Positions 9,565 to 20,935 of a DNA stretch of 64,000 nt are shown piece after piece. Made by a program: the position numbers and the translations under genes. The stretch's first letter is position 1. The number at the start of each line of letters is the position of its first letter. The notes under the pieces are model-generated. The model was not told the DNA's origin. It did no database searches and was given only the letters and a program-made list of their open reading frames with translations. This stretch comes from a bacterium (GTDB lineage: Bacteria; JADJOY01): contig JAXLQJ010000001.1 of the NCBI GenBank assembly GCA_046331705.1, positions 248,001 to 312,000 of the forward strand. The letters are read 5' to 3'.

Positions 9565-9641
9565 GTGAACCTCCTCGCCGGATCTTGGATCGCCTCCGAC
9601 GCGGAGGGCGCAACTACGATCCGGAAGTTCGTGACAACCGC

Positions 9642-9669
9642 AACTTAACACGGCGCGTCATGATGTCAA
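9642..9669 (-). promoter_or_regulatory. Putative sigma70 promoter of the phasin gene
   Basis: TTGACA-16 nt-TAAGTT with an extended TG. Confidence 0.55.
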
Positions 9670-9685
9670 TGAAAATATGCCGCGC

Positions 9686-9707
9686 TGCGTAATTTCGAAT
9701 TTACGCA
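9686..9707. promoter_or_regulatory. Operator-like palindrome
   Basis: TGCGTAA-TTTCGAAT-TTACGCA; AT-rich; just upstream of the -35. Confidence 0.5.
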
Positions 9708-9736
9708 AAGATATCCGCCGGATGGCGGATATTTTC
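9707..9736 (-). terminator. Probable intrinsic terminator after the AAA ATPase gene
   Basis: 9-bp stem ATATCCGCC/GGCGGATAT with a 4-nt loop, flanked by short A/T runs. Confidence 0.5.
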
Positions 9737-9748
9737 CTCGAGGATCGG

Positions 9749-11245
9749 TTACGCGGCGGGGCGGGCGCGGTCGCGGGCCCAGGCGCGCAACGCATCGATC
9801 GGCTCGCGCATCGTGACCGAGAGCGGCACCATCTCGCGCGCGGCCTCCACGAGGTCGGCCATGGCGAGCGCGCGCTCGCCATCGGCGAACGCGCGATAGA
9901 GCGCGGTCACCACGACCTCCTCGATCTCCGCGCCGCTCATGCCCTCCGACGCGGCCACCAGGGGAGCGAGATCGAGCTTCGCCGGCTCGCGGTTGCGGCG
10001 CGCGAGATGGATCGCGAAGATCTCTCGGCGTGCCTCGGCGTCCGGCAGGTCGAGGAAGAAGATCTCGTCGAAGCGGCCCTTGCGCAGGAGCTCCGGCGGC
10101 AAGGAGTCGATCGCGTTGGCGGTGGCGACCACGAAGACCGGCCGCGTCTTCTCCTGCATCCAGGTCAGGAACGTGGCGAACACGCGGCGCGTGGTCCCCG
10201 AGTCCAGGTCGCCAGAGCCACCGGCGCCGGCGAAGGCCTTCTCGAGCTCGTCCAGCCACAGGACGCACGGCGCGAGCGACTCCGCCGTCCGGATGGACCG
10301 GCGCATGTTCTCTTCGCTGGCGCCCATGAACGAGCTCATCACGTTGCCCACGTCCATGCGCAGCAGCGGCAGCTTCCAGTGGCTCGCGATCGCCTTGGCG
10401 GTGAGGCTCTTGCCGCAGCCCTGCACGCCGAGGAGCAAGAGACCGCGCGGCTCCGGAAGGCCGAAGGCCCGCGCGCGGGCCGAGAAGCTGGCGCCGCGGC
10501 CGTCGAGCCAGGTCTTGAGGCGTGCCAGGCCGCCGACGTGCGCGAGCGTCTCGTCGAGCTCGTAGAACTCGAGCAGCCCGCCCTTGCGAATGATCTGCTT
10601 CTTCTCGGCGAGAATCAGGTCCAGATCCTGCTCGTCGAGCCTGAGCCCCTCGACCACCGCCTTGCAGAAGATGCTCTCGGCCTCGTTCGCCGTGAGGCCG
10701 AGGGCGGCCTGCACCATGCGCTCGCGCAGGTCGCCACCGAGGTCGATGGATACCCGGGTGTCGCCGCGCACCCCGTCGAGCACGCCGTCCATGATCTCGC
10801 CGAGCTCGGTGGCGTCGGGCAACGGCACGTCGAGGACCGTCACGTCCTTCTCGAGCTCGGGTGGGAGCTTGAGGACCGGGCTCACGAGCACGAGGGTCTT
10901 GAACGTATGCCGAAGCTCGCGCGCCAGATCGCGCAAGCGCCGGACCACCCGCGACTCGTCCAGGTGCGCGTGCAAGTCCAGGAACGCGAAGAGCGCCCGA
11001 TCCGCCGATTCGCCCACTCGCGCGAGCGCTTCGACCGGGTCCACGTTGGCGTCGGCGCCGGCGCCATCGGCGGTCAAGCCGCGGGTGGCCGTCCACACGA
11101 AGCACCGTTTGCCGAGGCGGCCCGCCACCTCTCGCAGCAGCTTCTCGACCCGCCGCTCCTCGTGGGTCACGAGATAGAGAATGGGATAGCGGGCGCGAAC
11201 CAGCAGCTCGAGCTCACGGCCGAGGCGAGCGGCGGCGGTCGTCAT
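9749..11245 (-). CDS. Ycf46-like AAA+ ATPase
   Basis: N-terminal RARYPILYLVTHEERR; Walker A GVQGCGKS; Walker B VLWLDELEK; SRH PELLRKGRFDEIFF. Confidence 0.9.
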   Translation of the reverse strand: MTTAAARLGRELELLVRARYPILYLVTHEERRVEKLLREVAGRLGKRCFVWTATRGLTADGAGADANVDPVEALARVGESADRALFAFLDLHAHLDESRVVRRLRDLARELRHTFKTLVLVSPVLKLPPELEKDVTVLDVPLPDATELGEIMDGVLDGVRGDTRVSIDLGGDLRERMVQAALGLTANEAESIFCKAVVEGLRLDEQDLDLILAEKKQIIRKGGLLEFYELDETLAHVGGLARLKTWLDGRGASFSARARAFGLPEPRGLLLLGVQGCGKSLTAKAIASHWKLPLLRMDVGNVMSSFMGASEENMRRSIRTAESLAPCVLWLDELEKAFAGAGGSGDLDSGTTRRVFATFLTWMQEKTRPVFVVATANAIDSLPPELLRKGRFDEIFFLDLPDAEARREIFAIHLARRNREPAKLDLAPLVAASEGMSGAEIEEVVVTALYRAFADGERALAMADLVEAAREMVPLSVTMREPIDALRAWARDRARPAA

Positions 11246-13779
11246 AGCTCGAGGAAGTGCGCTCGCTCGTTCGACGCGGTCGGCTCGAGACCGTGGGCGA
11301 AGAGCCCGGCGGCGGTGAGCAACGCCCACCCACCGCGCTCGTCGCCGGCGAGGTCGATGGGAGTGCCGCTGAACCGGTGCTGTGCGCGGAGGCTACCGTC
11401 CCATCCCTGGCAGATCAAAAGCTGACGATGGGCGCGCAACAGCCAGGGCGTCCCCTCGGCATCGCAGCCGACGCGCAACAGGCCCTGGGGGCGAGCGAGG
11501 ACGCCTGCGACACCGGCGCCGGCGGACACCAGATGGACGTTGCCCAGCCGATCGGCCACAGCGACCGCTCCCGGCCCGGCCCGCTCGGCGCTCACCACCG
11601 GCACCGCGATCGTGCCGCGGCCGAGCTCGTCGCCGAGGGGGTCGAGCCAGCGGAACGCGCCGCCGGCGTCCACCAGCAAGACCTGCTCGTCGAGCGCGAC
11701 CAATCGCACCGGTGCCACCAGGTCATCGAGCTCGCCGATCGAGTGCGCCGATCCGTCGAGGGCCACACGCTGCACGGCGCCGTCGCGGCGCGTCCACCAC
11801 GTCTGCCAGCTGCCTCCGTGGGCGACGACGGCGAGGTGCGCCAGGCCCGTGACGTCGACGGGGATGCGGCGCTCGCGCACCTCGTCCACGAGCCAGAGCT
11901 CGCCCTGCGTGGTGGCGGCCAGCAGCTCCGGGCCATTCGGGACCGCCGCGAGGCGACTCGCCAAGCACGGCGCCACGCGGGCCGCACCGTCGGCCAGGCT
12001 GACGCGGACGACGCCGCGATCCACGATCATGGCGAGCGCCGAGCCCTCACCGGTGGAGACGCAATCGCCGACGCCCGAGCCAAAAGCCTGCGTGACCCGC
12101 CATTGCGTGCCCTGCGCGGCGCCCACGGCGACGCGCCCCTCGGGGTGAAGGAGCACGAGCGCCCGCGCCTTGGGCACGATGCGCACCTGACGGAATCCGC
12201 CGGGGGCGGGCTCGGGGACCGGAGTCGGCGATTCCAGCGGAGGCGTCGTGGCAACGGCGGCATCCAGATCGACGACGCGTCGCTCGGTCGCGCCGCGATC
12301 CAGCACCTCGAGCTGGTGGATCGCCCCAGTGCCGGCCAAGCACCAGAGCTGTCGCGCATCGGCGCTCATGCGCACCTGGCTCGTGCCCGGCGGTGCGTTG
12401 CATTGCCAGAGCACCCGCGCCGCCGCATCGAGCAAGACCAGCCGATCGTCGAAGGTCACGGCAGCTAGCCGATCGCCGGGCGCGTCCGCCGCCGCATCGC
12501 GCAGCGCTCGGTCGAGGGCGTAGGTCTCGAGCGATCCACCGCTCAGGTCCCACGCGAGGACCCCCTCGGCGGGAGCCACGATCAGCGCCCGCTCGCCATC
12601 CTCCTCGATCCACGCGCGCGCGACGTCGGAGCGGACGAAGCTGCGCCGCACGCGCTCGCCGGCCTCGTCGATGGAGCTCAAGTGCCCGCGACGGCTGGCG
12701 GCGACCGCCACCTCGGTCTCGCTGGCGACGGCGAGGAAATCCACGGGGTGCTCGACGCTGACCCGACGGAGCTCGCGTCCGCGCCCGTCGAGCACCGTGA
12801 CCTGGCCGAATCGATCGGCGATCCAGATGCGCGCGCCGCCCACGGTGACGGTCACGGCGGACGTCGCCGCGCCGACGTCGACCTGCGCGAGCCGCTCGCC
12901 CGTCGCCCCGGCCAGCAGCGTGAGCACGCCCGAGTCGGCGAGAAGCGCCACCAGCGCGCCGTCGGGGGCGACGTGGACGCAGCTGGTGCCGGGATCGGTG
13001 GCGCGCGCCCAGCGCTCACCGCCGTCGGGGCCGAGACAGGTGATCCCATGCCCATGGCGAGCCACCACGCTTCCGGCGAACGCGGCGACGTGAAGCTCGG
13101 TCGCCGCCTCGCCGCTCGCCCACACCCAGGCCTCGCGAATGCCGCCCACCTCGACGGCGCGTTGGCGCTCGAACGGTCGTGGCCGCACGAGCGCGTGATC
13201 CGCTGCATTCGCGCCGTCCTGCTGCGCGTTCGCCGCACGCGGCTCGTCGCTCGCCGCGCGGCGCAGCGAGCGATGCCGCAGCAGGCCGAGCGACTCGAGC
13301 AGCGCGAGCGCCTGCGCCGATACCTTGCCCCCAGCGCCCACCCGACGCGCCAGCTCGACCGGGTCGCTCGCCAAGTCGAGGAGCAACGCGGCCTCGCGAG
13401 CGATCCCGTAGCGGGGTGACGGCGCGACCCGAAACGCCAGCCGCCACGCGGACGTGAACGCGCGTCCCAGGAGCACGAACCAGCCGAGCGGCGGGGCCGT
13501 GGCCGCGCCCTCTCCGCGGGCGCCGCCGACCAACGCCAGCAACACCGCTTGCGCGGCGAACACGCAGACCATCGCGACCCGCCGCCCGCGTGGACCGACT
13601 CCGAGCCGGGTCTCGGCGAGACCCGCGGCGATCCCCGCGAGAGCGGCGAATCCGGCTCCGAAGAGCAGCAGGCTGCCGAAGGCCACCCAGCGGCCCGCCG
13701 CGACCTCGCGACGATGGTCGGCGAGCGCCGCGCGCACCGCCGCGAGCGATTCCTCACTGGGCTCGCGGCGTGGCTCCAC
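11242..13779 (-). CDS. Membrane-anchored WD40/PQQ-like beta-propeller protein
   Basis: Likely GTG at 13779; 2-3 N-terminal TM segments, then beta-rich repeats (V-A-P-D-G, W-D-L-S-G-G); stop overlaps the AAA start. Confidence 0.6.
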   Translation of the reverse strand: MEPRREPSEESLAAVRAALADHRREVAAGRWVAFGSLLLFGAGFAALAGIAAGLAETRLGVGPRGRRVAMVCVFAAQAVLLALVGGARGEGAATAPPLGWFVLLGRAFTSAWRLAFRVAPSPRYGIAREAALLLDLASDPVELARRVGAGGKVSAQALALLESLGLLRHRSLRRAASDEPRAANAQQDGANAADHALVRPRPFERQRAVEVGGIREAWVWASGEAATELHVAAFAGSVVARHGHGITCLGPDGGERWARATDPGTSCVHVAPDGALVALLADSGVLTLLAGATGERLAQVDVGAATSAVTVTVGGARIWIADRFGQVTVLDGRGRELRRVSVEHPVDFLAVASETEVAVAASRRGHLSSIDEAGERVRRSFVRSDVARAWIEEDGERALIVAPAEGVLAWDLSGGSLETYALDRALRDAAADAPGDRLAAVTFDDRLVLLDAAARVLWQCNAPPGTSQVRMSADARQLWCLAGTGAIHQLEVLDRGATERRVVDLDAAVATTPPLESPTPVPEPAPGGFRQVRIVPKARALVLLHPEGRVAVGAAQGTQWRVTQAFGSGVGDCVSTGEGSALAMIVDRGVVRVSLADGAARVAPCLASRLAAVPNGPELLAATTQGELWLVDEVRERRIPVDVTGLAHLAVVAHGGSWQTWWTRRDGAVQRVALDGSAHSIGELDDLVAPVRLVALDEQVLLVDAGGAFRWLDPLGDELGRGTIAVPVVSAERAGPGAVAVADRLGNVHLVSAGAGVAGVLARPQGLLRVGCDAEGTPWLLRAHRQLLICQGWDGSLRAQHRFSGTPIDLAGDERGGWALLTAAGLFAHGLEPTASNERAHFLEL

Positions 13780-13805
13780 GGGTGCTCGATCGCGCGCCGG
13801 ACGCG

Positions 13806-15461
13806 TCAGTGCCCGGCGCCGACGCGGATCACCTCCGCCGATCCCAGAGCGACACGCATGGCGCCGCCCGGGCCTGGCGCGATCGGCGCGGCGCCCGCGG
13901 GCTGCCATCGCGCTCCCGCGAATCGCCCTCGCTCGGCGCGCTCCCCGGGGGGGTTGGCGATCGCCACGTTCACGTGCCGCCCCACCAAGACCAGCGCGCC
14001 GTCGCCGTCGCGCACCGCGATCAAGGCTCCCTCCCCGTCGGTGTCCACCGTGAGCGAGATCCCGCCCGCCACCAGCGTGCGGCCGCGGGCGGCGCCCTCG
14101 CTCATGAACCACGCCAGCCGGCTCGAGCCCTGCGCTCGCACGATCGGCCCCATCGCACCGCCGAGCGCCTGGTACACCTCGCGCAGTCGCGCGCCGCTCT
14201 CGGTGATCTCGCCGCTCTTGGCGCTCGCGAGCGGCTGGTAACCCTTCATGCTGCCGGTGGTGATCGCCCACACGTCCATGCCGATCCCGGGCACCTGACC
14301 GAGCAGCGGGAAGACCAGCAAATAGGGCCGGAAATAGGCGTCGTTGTTGGTCTCGGGGATGAACGAGAGATTGCGCCCGCGGTGGTAGCGATCGAGCTGC
14401 TTCAGGTAGTTGTCGCGGAACGCCAGGTAGTCGCGGTCGGCGATGTGGAAGCCGAGGCTCGCCTTGCCGTAGAGGTCCGGCCCCACGAAGTCGATCTCGG
14501 GAATTCGATCCAGGAACTCGAACGGCTTGGCGCCCTGCAGACCTTCCCAGAAGTTCATGAAGCTCGGCACCGGATGGATGCGCTTCTGGATTCGCGCCAG
14601 CGCTTGGACGTGTGCCACGAGCTTGTCGGTGAGCACCGCCTCGGAATAGGGCACGCGTGTCTCGGGCAGGACTCCGACCTCGTTCAGGATCTGCCAGGCG
14701 ATGACCCGGCCCTCGCGATCCTCGGCGACCACCATCTCGAGCAGCTTGGCGAAGGCCCGGCTCTCGCGATCGAGCGTCGCGGGGTGATTCGGCTCGAGCG
14801 GATTCTCGGCGCGAGTCGTGCTGCCGCTCACGCGTGGGTAGACGCTCGGGTTCGACGTGACGTAGGGCGGCACGATCTCGAGCTCCGTGGGCGATCCGGT
14901 CTTGCCCACGACGTTCGATCCGAACCACAGCAACACGAGGTCGAGGTCGTTGGCGCGCGCCTCGCCGATCACCCAGCGGACGTAGTCGGCGGTGTAGCGA
15001 TCGGGCTCGGGCTCGACCCGCACCCAGGGGATGGGGATCTCGATGGTGTTGGCGCCCAGCTCGTGCGCGAAGCGGAACTGGCGCGCCGCGTTCTCGGAGG
15101 GCGTGCTGATCGCCCACGCGTCCGCCTGGACCGCGAGGATCAGATGAGGCTCGCCGCGGACCTCGAGGTAGCGCCGGGCGCCCTCATTCACGATGCGCGA
15201 GCGGACGGTGGCCGGCCGGGTGGTCGCGGGAACGATCGGCGTGCCGCCGGCGCTCGCGACGGGCGGGCGGTTGCTCGGCGGCGCTTCCGCCGGCGCGGAG
15301 GAGCGCTGTTCCTCGCGCTGCCGCTTGAGCTCCGCCAGCTTCTTGAAGCACCCGGACGAGCCGAGCGCCATCGCCGTGGCCAGCCCCAGGACGGCGAAGT
15401 TGCGCGCCCGGCTCGACGTTCGAGCCGGCCCGAGCTCCCGCGCTTGGTGTCCTGCGGTCAC
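13806..15461 (-). CDS. Lipoprotein with GH35/GH42-like (DUF4978/DUF5597-type) TIM-barrel domain
   Basis: Lipobox LGSSGC; LGANTIEIPIPWVRVEPEP, LVLLWFGS, VIAWQILNE (acid/base), FIPET (nucleophile-like). Confidence 0.65.
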   Translation of the reverse strand: MTAGHQARELGPARTSSRARNFAVLGLATAMALGSSGCFKKLAELKRQREEQRSSAPAEAPPSNRPPVASAGGTPIVPATTRPATVRSRIVNEGARRYLEVRGEPHLILAVQADAWAISTPSENAARQFRFAHELGANTIEIPIPWVRVEPEPDRYTADYVRWVIGEARANDLDLVLLWFGSNVVGKTGSPTELEIVPPYVTSNPSVYPRVSGSTTRAENPLEPNHPATLDRESRAFAKLLEMVVAEDREGRVIAWQILNEVGVLPETRVPYSEAVLTDKLVAHVQALARIQKRIHPVPSFMNFWEGLQGAKPFEFLDRIPEIDFVGPDLYGKASLGFHIADRDYLAFRDNYLKQLDRYHRGRNLSFIPETNNDAYFRPYLLVFPLLGQVPGIGMDVWAITTGSMKGYQPLASAKSGEITESGARLREVYQALGGAMGPIVRAQGSSRLAWFMSEGAARGRTLVAGGISLTVDTDGEGALIAVRDGDGALVLVGRHVNVAIANPPGERAERGRFAGARWQPAGAAPIAPGPGGAMRVALGSAEVIRVGAGH

Positions 15462-15492
15462 GTGCCCTCGTCCACCGTGGGCCGACCCGTGC

Positions 15493-16407
15493 TCAGGCTT
15501 TCTTCCCCGGCACGCCGAAGCGATCGCGCCACCACATCGCGATGGGGCTGGCGATGAAGATCGACGACCAGGTTCCGGTGATGACGCCCACGATCATCGC
15601 GAAGCTGAAGTCGCGCAGCACGCCGCCGCCGAAGAAGAAGAGCGCGATCGACGACAAGAGCACGGTGAGCGAGGTGAGCACGGTGCGGCTCAGCGTCTCG
15701 TTGACGCTCAGATTCACGATCTCCGGGAAGGCCAGCTTGCGGCGGCGTCCCAAGTTCTCGCGAATGCGGTCGAAGAGGATGACGGTGTCGTTCATCGAGA
15801 AGCCCACGATCGTGAGCAGCGCCGCGACGATCGGCAGATTGATCTCGCGGTCCGAGATCGCGAAGGCGCCCAGCGTGAGCACCACGTCGTGGAAGAGCGC
15901 GACGACCGAGCCCACCCCGAAATCGAGGGTGAAGCGGAACCAGATGTAGACCAGCATCGCGATCAACGACCAGCCGAGCGCGAGCGCGCCCTTCTGGATG
16001 AGCTCGGCGCCCACCTTCGGGCCCACCATCTCGATGCGCGCGACCTGCGTCCCCGCTCCGAACTTCTCGATCAACGAATGCTGGACGCCGCCGCCCGCGA
16101 GCTGCTTCTCGTCCTTGCCGCGGGTGTCGATGCGGATCAGGTATTCGCGCTTCGAGCCCTCGAAGCTCTGCGCCTCCACCTCGCCCAAGCCCAGCGACAT
16201 CGCGACGTCGTGGACCTCCTCGGGGCCAAGGTCACGGTCGAATTGCACCTGCGCGACGATGCCGCCGCGGAAATCGACGCCCCAGTTGAAGCCGCGCACC
16301 GCGATGACGAGGAGCGCGACGCAGACCAGGCTCACCGAGAGGCCGACCGCGAGCTTCGCCCTGCCGATGAAGTCGATCTTGAGGTCGTGCGGGAAGATCT
16401 CGAACAT
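15493..16407 (-). CDS. secF: Protein translocase subunit SecF
   Basis: GVDFRGG, VGPKVGAEL, HDV, GFSMNDTVILFDRIRE. Confidence 0.96.
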   Translation of the reverse strand: MFEIFPHDLKIDFIGRAKLAVGLSVSLVCVALLVIAVRGFNWGVDFRGGIVAQVQFDRDLGPEEVHDVAMSLGLGEVEAQSFEGSKREYLIRIDTRGKDEKQLAGGGVQHSLIEKFGAGTQVARIEMVGPKVGAELIQKGALALGWSLIAMLVYIWFRFTLDFGVGSVVALFHDVVLTLGAFAISDREINLPIVAALLTIVGFSMNDTVILFDRIRENLGRRRKLAFPEIVNLSVNETLSRTVLTSLTVLLSSIALFFFGGGVLRDFSFAMIVGVITGTWSSIFIASPIAMWWRDRFGVPGKKA

Positions 16408-16450
16408 GCTTCGCTCCGTTGACGCAACTCCGAGGGCGGCCGTCACGCCT

Positions 16451-18154
16451 TCAAACGCTCAGCGTCGTCACGCGACGGGTCGCGAGCACGTAATCGTAGG
16501 TCATCCGCGTGACCACCAGCGCGGTGTACATACCGATCACCAAGCCGAGCGAGAGCGTCACGGCGAAACCGCGCACCGGGCCGGTGCCGAACTGGTAGAG
16601 GATCACTCCGGCGATGAGCGCCGTGAGCTTGGCGTCGAAGATCGCGGTGAACGCGCGGTCGTAGCCCGCCTCGACGGCGGCGCGCGGCGTCTTTCCGCTG
16701 CGCAGCTCCTCGCGGATGCGCTCGAGGATGATGATGTTGGCGTCCACGTCCATGGCGAGGGTGAGCGCGATGCCGGCGATGCCCGGCAACGTCAGCGTGG
16801 CGCGGAACGCCGCCAGCCCCGCCATCAGGAACAGCAGATTGAGCGCGAGCGCCGCGTTGGCGAGCATGCCGCCGCGGCGGTAGTAGACCATCATGAAGAG
16901 CATCACCGCCGCGGTGCTGACGAGCGTGGCGATCTTGCCGTCGTGGACGCTCTGCTCGCCGAGCTGCGGGCCGACGGTGCGCTCCTCGAGCAGCGTGAGC
17001 GGCGCGGGTAGCGAGCCCGCGCGCAGCACGATCGCGAGGTTGTGCGCCTCGCGATTGTCGAATCCGCCTTCGATGACGGCGCTTCCGCCCGCGATCCGCT
17101 GCCGGATCACCGGCGCCGAATAGATCGTGTCGTCGAGGACGATCGCCATCAGCTCGTGGGTGTGCTCGCCGGTGATCTCGGCGAAGCGCTTGGCGCCTTC
17201 GGCGTCGAAGCGCAGCCCGACCTGCGGATTGTGGAGCTGGCCGAACTCGACGCGCGCGTCGGTGAGATAGGCGCCGGAGAGCAACGCGTCCTTCTTCACG
17301 ATGCGCGGATAGGCCTGGACGATCTTGCGCGAGATCTTGTCGCGCGTGACCTCGAAGAGCCACTGCGTGCCCGGCGGCAGCCGGGCGGCGAGCGCCGTGT
17401 TGACCTTCTCCTTCGCTTCCTGCTTCGCGCTCGAATCGCTCAGGTCGCCGAACTTGAGCCCCGCGAGCACGTCCTTGAGCTCGCCTTCCGCCTTGCCGTC
17501 GACGAGCTTGAACTCGAGCAACGCGGTGTTCTGGATCAGCGCCTTCGCCTCGGCCGGGTTCTCGACGCCGGCGAGCTGGACGAGCACCCGTTCCTGACCC
17601 TGGCGCTGGATCGTGGGCTCGCCCACGCCGTACTGGTCGATGCGGTTGCGGATCACCTCGATGGCCTGCTCGATGGCCTCGTCGCGGCGCCGGTCGAGCG
17701 CCTTGGCGTCGGGGACCAGCGAGACCTCGACCTCGCTGCTCGCGTTGGCGTCGACGGTGAGCCCCCAGCCCTTGCGATCCTTGAGGAGCTTCTCGAGCTG
17801 CGCGCGGCCGTCCGCGGTGGCCAGCTCGACCTTGACGCGGTCGTCGTCGTGGCGCACCGGGTCGCCCGACACGGGCTCCACCCGATCGACCACGACGCCC
17901 TCGTCCTCGAGCCCGCGCCGGACGGTGTCCGCGATGTGCTTGAGCTCGACCTCGACGGCCTTCTCCGACTCGACCTCGAACACCAGGTGCACGCCGCCCT
18001 TCAAGTCGAGGCCGAGCGACAGCTTCTTGCTGGGCAGCACCGACTTCCACCAATCCGGCAGCTTCCGGTCTCCCATCAAGGTCGGGGCGAGCAACAGCAG
18101 GCTCACGAGCGTGATCGCTACCGTGAGGATCAGTCGTCCACGTATGTGCCGCAT
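16451..18154 (-). CDS. secD: Protein translocase subunit SecD
   Basis: LGLDLKGG, RNRIDQYGVGEP, LRAGSLPAPL, VDANIIILERIREE. Confidence 0.96.
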   Translation of the reverse strand: MRHIRGRLILTVAITLVSLLLLAPTLMGDRKLPDWWKSVLPSKKLSLGLDLKGGVHLVFEVESEKAVEVELKHIADTVRRGLEDEGVVVDRVEPVSGDPVRHDDDRVKVELATADGRAQLEKLLKDRKGWGLTVDANASSEVEVSLVPDAKALDRRRDEAIEQAIEVIRNRIDQYGVGEPTIQRQGQERVLVQLAGVENPAEAKALIQNTALLEFKLVDGKAEGELKDVLAGLKFGDLSDSSAKQEAKEKVNTALAARLPPGTQWLFEVTRDKISRKIVQAYPRIVKKDALLSGAYLTDARVEFGQLHNPQVGLRFDAEGAKRFAEITGEHTHELMAIVLDDTIYSAPVIRQRIAGGSAVIEGGFDNREAHNLAIVLRAGSLPAPLTLLEERTVGPQLGEQSVHDGKIATLVSTAAVMLFMMVYYRRGGMLANAALALNLLFLMAGLAAFRATLTLPGIAGIALTLAMDVDANIIILERIREELRSGKTPRAAVEAGYDRAFTAIFDAKLTALIAGVILYQFGTGPVRGFAVTLSLGLVIGMYTALVVTRMTYDYVLATRRVTTLSV

Positions 18155-18190
18155 TCCTGTTCGCTCCTGGCTGCCGCGAGGCGGCTCACG

Positions 18191-18553
18191 TCACTCGGAG
18201 GCCTTCGCCTCGCTCTTGCTTTCCTTGCCCTCGATCCGCGAGCGAGCGACACGAATCCGCACGTTCGGCGCGATCTCGAGCGTCACGACCTGGTCCGTGA
18301 CGCTGTGGATCTTGCCGTAGATCCCGCCGGCCGTCAGCACCTCGTCGCCTTTCTTGAGCGCATCGAGCATGGATTGGTGCTCCTTCGCCTTCTGCTGCTG
18401 CGGCCGGATCATCAGGAAGTAGAAGATGCCGATGATGATCGGCAGCGTGGCGAAGTTGGCCCAGAACGCGCTGTTTCCGCCCGCGTCGCCGGTGGAAGGC
18501 GCCATGGCGAGCGGGAGCGCGGTTGCGACGAGGTCCACGAGCTGGCTGTGCAT
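18191..18553 (-). CDS. yajC: Preprotein translocase subunit YajC
   Basis: FYFLMIRPQQQK, LKKGDEVLTAGGIYG. Confidence 0.96.
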   Translation of the reverse strand: MHSQLVDLVATALPLAMAPSTGDAGGNSAFWANFATLPIIIGIFYFLMIRPQQQKAKEHQSMLDALKKGDEVLTAGGIYGKIHSVTDQVVTLEIAPNVRIRVARSRIEGKESKSEAKASE

Positions 18554-18585
18554 GGCTTGTCTCCGTCGTGCGTTCGCGAGCCGAC

Positions 18586-20768
<2,183 letters not shown>

Positions 20769-20883
20769 TCCGGGCCTAAACCGGTTGGGTTAAGCACAGC
20801 GCGGAGCGCGACGTCAACGCGACGAAGGCGAGCCGGCCACGCGCGAGGCGGCCTTCGCTAGCGTCCGGCGATTCGGAGCGCGA

Positions 20884-20911
20884 ACGGGGAGGATCCGTCG
20901 ATCCTCCCCGT
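20884..20911. terminator. 12-bp hairpin downstream of the HTH gene (weak U tract)
   Basis: ACGGGGAGGATC-CGTC-GATCCTCCCCGT. Confidence 0.45.
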
Positions 20912-20935
20912 CGCGATGCCGCGGGCGACGCGGCG

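Noticed and set aside
13780..15117. 446-codon N-terminal extension of the propeller ORF overlapping the GH-like gene
   Set aside because: Arg/Ala/Gly-rich off-frame translation; the protein-like sequence begins at GTG 13779
20790..20817. queA promoter (TTGACG on the minus strand)
   Set aside because: No acceptable -10 element at 16-18 nt spacing
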